Source: Acaryochloris thomasi RCC1774
GTDB lineage: Bacteria; Cyanobacteriota; Cyanobacteriia; Thermosynechococcales; Thermosynechococcaceae
Assembly: GCF_003231495.1 (NCBI RefSeq)
Contig: NZ_PQWO01000015.1
Span: 60,001-92,000, forward strand
DNA: 32,000 bases
Reading direction: 5' to 3'
Made by a program: the position numbers and the translations under genes. The notes under the pieces were generated by a model. That model did no database searches. It had not been told where the DNA came from and was given only the letters and a program-made list of their open reading frames with translations. Positions 26,844-32,000 of this stretch are shown piece after piece; positions within the stretch are counted from its first letter, which is position 1; each line of letters opens with the position of its first letter.

Positions 26844-28481
26844 ATGAATACTGCTGAGCTTCTGGTCAAGTGCCTTGAGAATGAAGGGGTAGAGTACATT
26901 TTCGGGCTGCCAGGAGAAGAGAATCTCCAGGTTCTGGAGGCCCTACGTAACTCTTCCATCCAGTTTATTACCACCCGCCATGAACAGGGGGCTGCTTTCA
27001 TGGCAGATGTCTATGGTCGGCTAACGGGACGGGCTGGGGTTTGCCTCTCAACGCTCGGACCAGGTGCCACCAATCTCATGACTGGCGTTGCAGATGCCAA
27101 TCTAGATGGCGCTCCTCTCGTTGCGATTACCGGCCAAGTGGGCACCGATCGGATGCATATTGAATCTCACCAGTACCTTGATTTGGTGGCGATGTTCAAT
27201 CCTGTTACCAAGTGGACCAAGCAGATTGTTCGACCTAGCAATACAGCTGAAATTGTCCGACGGGCCTTTAAGCTGGCCCAGGCTGAGAAGCCTGGGGCCG
27301 TTCATATTGATTTGCCAGAGAATATTGCTGGCATGGAGGCTGTGGGAGCGCCTTTGCTGCGAGACAAGGTCGAGAAGAGCTATCCTTCATCCCGAAGTTT
27401 AGAGCAGGCGGCTGAGGCAATTTCCCGAGCTGAGAATCCGCTCATATTGGTTGGCAATGGAGCGATTCGGGCTCAGGCGAGTGAAGCACTAACCCAGCTC
27501 GCCACGCAATTAAATATTCCGGTCGCCAATACGTTTATGGGCAAAGGCGTCATGCGCTATACCCACCCACTGTCTCTGTGGACTGTAGGGCTACAGCAAC
27601 GCGATTACATTAGCTGTGGCTTTGACCGCACGGATCTTGTGATTGCGGTGGGCTATGACCTCATTGAGTTCTCACCCAAAAAATGGAACCCCGATGGTAA
27701 CATCCCGATTGTTCATGTAGGGGCCGAGCCAGCAGAGATTGATAGCAGCTACATTCCCATTGCAGAGGTCGTGGGTGATATTTCTGAGTCGCTGCTGAAG
27801 CTGCTCAGTCGCTCGGATCGTCAAGGCAAACCGGATCCCTATGGACTTAGCCTGCGGCCTCAAATGCGGGAGGATTACGAGCAGTATGCCAATGATGAGA
27901 GCTTTCCGGTTCGTCCGCAAAAGCTGATTTACGATCTCCGACACGTGATGGGATCTGATGATGTCGTAATCTCGGATGTGGGCGCTCACAAAATGTGGAT
28001 GGCGCGCCACTATCACTGCGATCGCCCCAATACTTGTTTAATTTCCAATGGCTTTGCGGCAATGGGCATCGCGATTCCGGGAGCGCTGGCGGCGAAGCTG
28101 ATTTACCCAGATCGCAATGTTGTAGCAGTGACGGGCGACGGTGGCTTCATGATGAATATGCAGGAATTAGAGACAGCTCTGCGGGTGGGCACGGCCTTCA
28201 CAACGCTAATTTTCAATGATGGTGGCTATGGCCTGATTGAGTGGAAGCAGCAGCAGCACTATGGTGAGTCGGCCTTCATCAAGTTTGGCAATCCAGATTT
28301 CGTCAAGCTGGCCGAGAGCATGGGGTTAAAGGGGTATCGGATTGAGAGTGCTGATGATTTAGTCCCCACGCTAAAAACAGCGCTGGAGCAAGATGTACCC
28401 ACGGTCATCGATTGCCCTGTAGACTACCGAGAAAATCTGATGTTCAGCCAAAAGTCTGGGGAATTGAGCTGCGCGACCTAG
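26844..28481 (+). CDS. ThDP-dependent acetolactate-synthase-like enzyme, probably 2-oxoglutarate decarboxylase
   Basis: N-terminal LVKCLENEGVEYIFGLPGEE and the ThDP-binding GDGGFMMNxQELET...N motif. No ALS small subunit is adjacent. ATG at 26844 preferred over the overlapping TTG at 26823. The functional call rests on gene context. Confidence 0.7.
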   Translation: MNTAELLVKCLENEGVEYIFGLPGEENLQVLEALRNSSIQFITTRHEQGAAFMADVYGRLTGRAGVCLSTLGPGATNLMTGVADANLDGAPLVAITGQVGTDRMHIESHQYLDLVAMFNPVTKWTKQIVRPSNTAEIVRRAFKLAQAEKPGAVHIDLPENIAGMEAVGAPLLRDKVEKSYPSSRSLEQAAEAISRAENPLILVGNGAIRAQASEALTQLATQLNIPVANTFMGKGVMRYTHPLSLWTVGLQQRDYISCGFDRTDLVIAVGYDLIEFSPKKWNPDGNIPIVHVGAEPAEIDSSYIPIAEVVGDISESLLKLLSRSDRQGKPDPYGLSLRPQMREDYEQYANDESFPVRPQKLIYDLRHVMGSDDVVISDVGAHKMWMARHYHCDRPNTCLISNGFAAMGIAIPGALAAKLIYPDRNVVAVTGDGGFMMNMQELETALRVGTAFTTLIFNDGGYGLIEWKQQQHYGESAFIKFGNPDFVKLAESMGLKGYRIESADDLVPTLKTALEQDVPTVIDCPVDYRENLMFSQKSGELSCAT

Positions 28482-28510
28482 AAAAGCAGGGTTCGCAGCA
28501 TGAGTCTTCG

Positions 28511-29032
28511 CTAGGGATGATATTTTTCTTCTAGTAACTGTCCCCATTTCTCATTGAAGGGATGTACTTTCTGGGTCGGTCCGGTTGGGGCAACGACAGG
28601 TTCTCCTTGATTAGCCCACTCAAAAATCGAGCCTTCTAGATTCACGACCTGCTGCAATCCTAGCTTCTGCAGAGACTTAGCCATTTGGGCAGAACGATAG
28701 CCCACGGAACAATAAACAACGACAGGTTGTGTCGGCTGCCGCTTAATCCAGGCCGCTAATTGATCTGCGTCTTGAAAGTGAACTGCGTCGGGGATGTGAC
28801 TGACGGCAAATTCGTCAGCGTTGCGGACGTCAACGACTAAAGCGCTGCCTGAATAGTTTTCTTTGAAGTCTGTGGTGGTGATGTGTTCCACTGAAGGGAA
28901 CTGATTGCGGATTTGAGCTTTCAGACTCTGCCAGTTGAGCTGTGCGGAGGCACAGGCGGTCATGAAAATGAAAGCCAAGGCTGCACCCAAGCGGCGGAAA
29001 AGTTTCATGATTTCAGCCATTAGTAGAGTCAT
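28511..29032 (-). CDS. rhodanese-domain sulfurtransferase, exported
   Basis: Signal peptide (KLFRRLGAALAFIFMTACASA) and a rhodanese active-site loop CSVGYRS. The true start may be the internal ATG at 29008. Confidence 0.8.
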   Translation of the reverse strand: MTLLMAEIMKLFRRLGAALAFIFMTACASAQLNWQSLKAQIRNQFPSVEHITTTDFKENYSGSALVVDVRNADEFAVSHIPDAVHFQDADQLAAWIKRQPTQPVVVYCSVGYRSAQMAKSLQKLGLQQVVNLEGSIFEWANQGEPVVAPTGPTQKVHPFNEKWGQLLEEKYHP

Positions 29033-29034
29033 TT

Positions 29035-29619
29035 CTAGAAAAGACAGGGCTGCAGGACGGCTTGCTGGAGCTGCTGCTGATATTCTTCATCTGAAATTGT
29101 GTAGGCTCCAAATCGCGCGAGGTGAGGATTTATGATTTGAGCGTCGAAGAGTTGGAAGTGTTGCGATCGCAAATGCTCCACCAGCTTCACCATCGCCACC
29201 TTCGACCCCTCAGGGATATTAAAAAACATCGACTCCCCAATAAAGATTCCCCCAATCACAATTCCGAGGATCCCCCCCGCTAACTGTCCATCCTGCCAAG
29301 TCTCAAAGCTATGGGCGTACCCCGCCTCGTGCAGTGCCAAATACAGTGAGCGCAAATCTTTCGAGATCCAAGTTGAATCACGATTAGCGCAGCCCGCCAC
29401 CACTGCCGGGAAATCCCAATCAACGGCCTCCGTAAACCGATTCTGATTCAGCACCCGCTGCAAAGATCGCGGATAGCGAAAGCGATCATCCAATGGGATC
29501 AGCGTTCGCTGCACGCTGGTATACCATCCCAGAGAGTCATCGTCAGCCATCAAAAAAAAGCCCTGACGATATCGCTCAACAATCTTTGGAATATTAAAGT
29601 TCATGGGTGATAGAACCAC
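29035..29619 (-). CDS. aat: leucyl/phenylalanyl-tRNA--protein transferase
   Basis: YRQGFF.M, GESMF, SKVAMVKLVEHL and FDAQIINPHLARFGA motifs. Confidence 0.88.
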   Translation of the reverse strand: MVLSPMNFNIPKIVERYRQGFFLMADDDSLGWYTSVQRTLIPLDDRFRYPRSLQRVLNQNRFTEAVDWDFPAVVAGCANRDSTWISKDLRSLYLALHEAGYAHSFETWQDGQLAGGILGIVIGGIFIGESMFFNIPEGSKVAMVKLVEHLRSQHFQLFDAQIINPHLARFGAYTISDEEYQQQLQQAVLQPCLF

Positions 29620-29664
29620 GTTTCCAGCTTTCAGCCTATCAGCTCTGACACTTCACCAATCCAT

Positions 29665-30678
29665 CTAGAAATCATCCAAGTGACATAAGCACAGCCAAGA
29701 CTGCCAAACTTGAGCAACAGTCCCGGCAATTAAGGGGTCGGTTCGAGATCGATTGGGCGCTGAGATCAAAACCACAACTTTCTCCACTTGCTCGAAATTA
29801 GGAGCGATATCTAGGTGCCTGTGCAGAAACTGGCGAATAGCACGCCGCTGGAGCGCTAAAGGTGCAGTCTCAAGCACCGTTCGGTCTAAGCGAGCCAGCA
29901 TCTGCTGATCGTCGTGCTGTACCTGTTCAGCCTCTGTGACCGTGGCTGCTTTTAGCAGCGCCGCTGCAGACGTTTCTAAATAAGCAACATCAGCCTGCAA
30001 TAGCTCCGCCGTTTGGGCAATGGCCGTATCCACCTTCGGATTAAAATGTTCTCGCAGGTAAGGCAAAACGCCTTGACGGATGCGGTTGCGCCGATAGTGC
30101 AAGTCTTGATTCATCGGATCTTGCCAGACAGGTAGCCCTATGTCTCGGCAAAACTGGCCGGTCTCCGCACGAGTCACGTTTAGCAGCGGGCGCACCAGTT
30201 TTCTCTCTCCCGATAGTGGACGCTGCCAGGTGAGAGCCTGTAGGCCATCTGCGCCACTGCCGCGCACCAGATTGTAGAGAAGGGTTTCAGTACGATCGCT
30301 CGCAGTATGAGCCGTTACCACAGCATGAAAATCCTGCTGCTGAGCAATCTCAGCCATCTCCTGATAGCGCCATTCCCGTCCCTCAGCTTCTCCCTTGAGT
30401 ACAGAAGGTGCCGTCCGTCCAAAGAAAGGTAGATTCCACCGCCGCACGAGGTCGGCCACATACCGAGCATTGGCCGTAGAGTCTGGAGGCCAGCGATGAT
30501 CACAGTGCGCCACCGCCAAATCCCATTCCCATCTGTCCTGAAGATCAAGCAGGAGTCTCAGCAGACAGAAAGAATCCTGCCCCCCAGAGAACGCGATCAA
30601 AATACGATGATTTAAGGGCAGTAGCAATCGCTGTTTAAGCGTTCGCTGTAGCCGGGCATGAAGCAGAGTCCAGGACAA
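29665..30678 (-). CDS. tilS: tRNA(Ile)-lysidine synthetase
   Basis: PP-loop SGGQDS near the N-terminus, with HCDH...A.TA.H...D..ET.L.NL.RGSG in the central region. Confidence 0.9.
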   Translation of the reverse strand: MSWTLLHARLQRTLKQRLLLPLNHRILIAFSGGQDSFCLLRLLLDLQDRWEWDLAVAHCDHRWPPDSTANARYVADLVRRWNLPFFGRTAPSVLKGEAEGREWRYQEMAEIAQQQDFHAVVTAHTASDRTETLLYNLVRGSGADGLQALTWQRPLSGERKLVRPLLNVTRAETGQFCRDIGLPVWQDPMNQDLHYRRNRIRQGVLPYLREHFNPKVDTAIAQTAELLQADVAYLETSAAALLKAATVTEAEQVQHDDQQMLARLDRTVLETAPLALQRRAIRQFLHRHLDIAPNFEQVEKVVVLISAPNRSRTDPLIAGTVAQVWQSWLCLCHLDDF

Positions 30679-30699
30679 ATCCTTTCACACTCACGAGCA

Positions 30700-31683
30700 T
30701 TAAAAGAACCAGCCGTAGCTGTGTAAGCCTTTGCCCAATAAATTAACGCCCAAATAGCAGACCCAGACCACGGCAAAACCCGCAGTCGCAAGCAACGCCG
30801 GTTTGCGGCCCTGCCAACCCTTCGTAATCCGAGCATGAAGATAAGCGGCAAACACCAGCCAAGTAATCAACGCCCAGGTCTCCTTCGGATCCCAGCTCCA
30901 GGGCGCACCCCAGGCTTCGTTGGCCCACACCGCACCGGCAATAATGCCTACGGTCAATAGGGGAAATCCTAGGCCAATAATGCGATAGCTAAGGTTGTCT
31001 AGGGTCTCAGCCAGACTCAAACGCTTCATCGACAGAGAGGCAACGGGTGCTTCAACTTTCTCTAAAACAGCAGTGCCGCCCTGCCCTGAGGTTGCGGCCA
31101 ATGGCTGCTGAACTGTACTGGCTTTCTGGAGTCGCTCTCGGAAGCCACCCGTACCCACGGAGCTGCCCTTGAGTTCAATGGGTTGCCCCCAGGTAATAGC
31201 AAGGAATGCGATCGCCATGAGCGATCCCACCATCAGCGCAGAGTAGCTAATCATCATCACGCTGACGTGCATCATCAGCCAATTTGATTTCAAAGCTGGA
31301 ACCAAGGGAGCCGACGCCTGCATCTCAGTCGGTAGGGTCAAAGCGGCAAAGGCTGTAATGGCCATGGCAACGGGGGCGGTGGCAACACCCACTAGACGAC
31401 TGCGGCTGAGGTATTCCGCCACGAGGTGAACACCTGTGACACCCCAAGCTAAAAAGAACAAAGACTCATAAAGGTTGCTGATCGGAAAGTATCCCGCCTC
31501 AGCCCATCTAGCCCCTAGCAAACAGGCCATACAGAGGTTTGCAATTGCCATGCCCGCAGTTCCTAAAGCGGGTAAAGCCGGAATCTTAGGAAAGGCTGCG
31601 CCTATCCAGTAGATCAGCATGGTGGCAAATAGGATCGCAAAGGAAACGTTGTCGAGGGTGCCCTGGAGGGTAACCAGATCCAT
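30700..31683 (-). CDS. ccsA: cytochrome c biogenesis protein CcsA (System II heme handling)
   Basis: A polytopic protein with the WWD-type heme-binding motif [18 protein letters not shown]. Confidence 0.92.
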   Translation of the reverse strand: MDLVTLQGTLDNVSFAILFATMLIYWIGAAFPKIPALPALGTAGMAIANLCMACLLGARWAEAGYFPISNLYESLFFLAWGVTGVHLVAEYLSRSRLVGVATAPVAMAITAFAALTLPTEMQASAPLVPALKSNWLMMHVSVMMISYSALMVGSLMAIAFLAITWGQPIELKGSSVGTGGFRERLQKASTVQQPLAATSGQGGTAVLEKVEAPVASLSMKRLSLAETLDNLSYRIIGLGFPLLTVGIIAGAVWANEAWGAPWSWDPKETWALITWLVFAAYLHARITKGWQGRKPALLATAGFAVVWVCYLGVNLLGKGLHSYGWFF

Positions 31684-31819
31684 ATTGTGTTCTCCCCAAT
31701 TGGGTGGCAGGTGTAGTCAGCGCTACCTATATCGTACCGATTAATGTTCCCTAAGTGTTCTCTGAGGGTTTAGGACCCCTGCCATCCTGCCAGAAAACGT
31801 AACGGACAAATCTAATAGA

Positions 31820-32000
31820 TTAAGCTGGGGAGGAGGATGAATGGATTTCCAATGACTGAGGACGGCAGTCCGCCAAAATTTGATGAAGATGAACGACGTT
31901 ACCGATGACTGCGATCGCAGGCGCTGTAAAGTCGGCCTCTATCATCTGGGCTTCAATCGTTTCCAGAATCCCCACAATCTGATCTTGTTCAGGACGAGTC
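31820..32000 (-). CDS. cobA: uroporphyrinogen-III C-methyltransferase, C-terminal fragment (gene runs off the window)
   Basis: The minus-strand frame from 31999 reads TRPEQDQIVGILETIEAQMIEADFTAPAIAVIGNVVHLHQIL...*. This is the Q..V.G.L......PAI.VIG.VV.L C-terminal pattern of CobA/CysG methyltransferases. Stop at 31820-31822. It is not in the ORF track because it is partial. Confidence 0.55.
   Translation of the reverse strand, partial: TRPEQDQIVGILETIEAQMIEADFTAPAIAVIGNVVHLHQILADCRPQSLEIHSSSSPA

Larger units (their letters stand above)
2132..31918. repeat. HIP1 (GCGATCGC) highly iterated palindrome, 19 dispersed copies
   Basis: Copies start at 2132, 4119, 5841, 6588, 10058, 10964, 14296, 15818, 17040, 17665, 19345, 20364, 20593, 22684, 23038, 28018, 29163, 31208 and 31911. 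A composition-only model predicts about 0.5-1 copy in 32 kb (hand estimate). Confidence 0.9.

Noticed and set aside
26823-28481. Reading the ThDP enzyme as ordinary acetolactate synthase starting at the TTG at 26823, which overlaps gabD.
   Set aside because: The ATG at 26844 gives the canonical N-terminus (MNTAELLVKCLE...). The SSADH neighbour and the missing small subunit favour 2-oxoglutarate decarboxylase. The ALS alternative stays open until phylogeny or an enzyme assay settles it.
1-32000. Search for CRISPR arrays, tRNA/rRNA/tmRNA/RNase P genes, transposases, integrases, reverse transcriptases, phage genes, or known defence-system genes.
   Set aside because: I found no spaced direct-repeat arrays, no tRNA-like T-arm or acceptor patterns, and no ORF with recombinase, RT or nuclease-helicase motifs. 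The only repeat classes seen are HIP1, the TPR coding repeat and one MITE-like hairpin element.

Overview
The window reads as a gene-dense chromosomal (core-genome) segment of a cyanobacterium, roughly 50-55% GC by hand counts. Three things support the cyanobacterial call. The HIP1 octamer GCGATCGC occurs 19 times. Lineage-typical genes are present: ndhL, ccsA, a ~590-aa aspartate kinase with duplicated ACT regions, sulfiredoxin, Uma2-family and pentapeptide-repeat proteins. The succinic-semialdehyde dehydrogenase / 2-oxoglutarate decarboxylase gene pair is also present.

I call about 34 protein-coding genes. They cover:
- Housekeeping: ftsY, sdaA, def, trpA, lysC, aat, tilS, ccsA, and a cobA 3' fragment.
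- Oxidative stress: srxA-dps.
- Phospho-signalling: a GAF-PP2C phosphatase, a dual-specificity phosphatase, and an FHA protein.
- Other: an ABC exporter pair, a secreted TPR protein, a SpoIID/LytB protein, and two decayed toxin-antitoxin loci.

I found no rRNA, tRNA, CRISPR array, transposase, integrase or phage genes, and no convincing novel multi-gene system such as a defence island.

The best leads are local oddities:
1. A single ORF fuses an FHA domain, a TM helix and pentapeptide repeats, and lies in the most AT-rich stretch of the window.
2. An intact antitoxin gene is followed by a RelE/ParE-type toxin truncated to its first ~50 codons and left in frame with an AlkD-like DNA alkylation repair gene.
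3. A second antitoxin-like gene has no toxin and ends directly in an intrinsic terminator.
4. A Uma2 endonuclease gene has an in-frame TGA at codon 8.
5. A 477-bp intergenic region holds a perfect 16-bp palindrome and a 37-codon hydrophobic sORF.

All family assignments come from motif recognition by eye, not from database searches.
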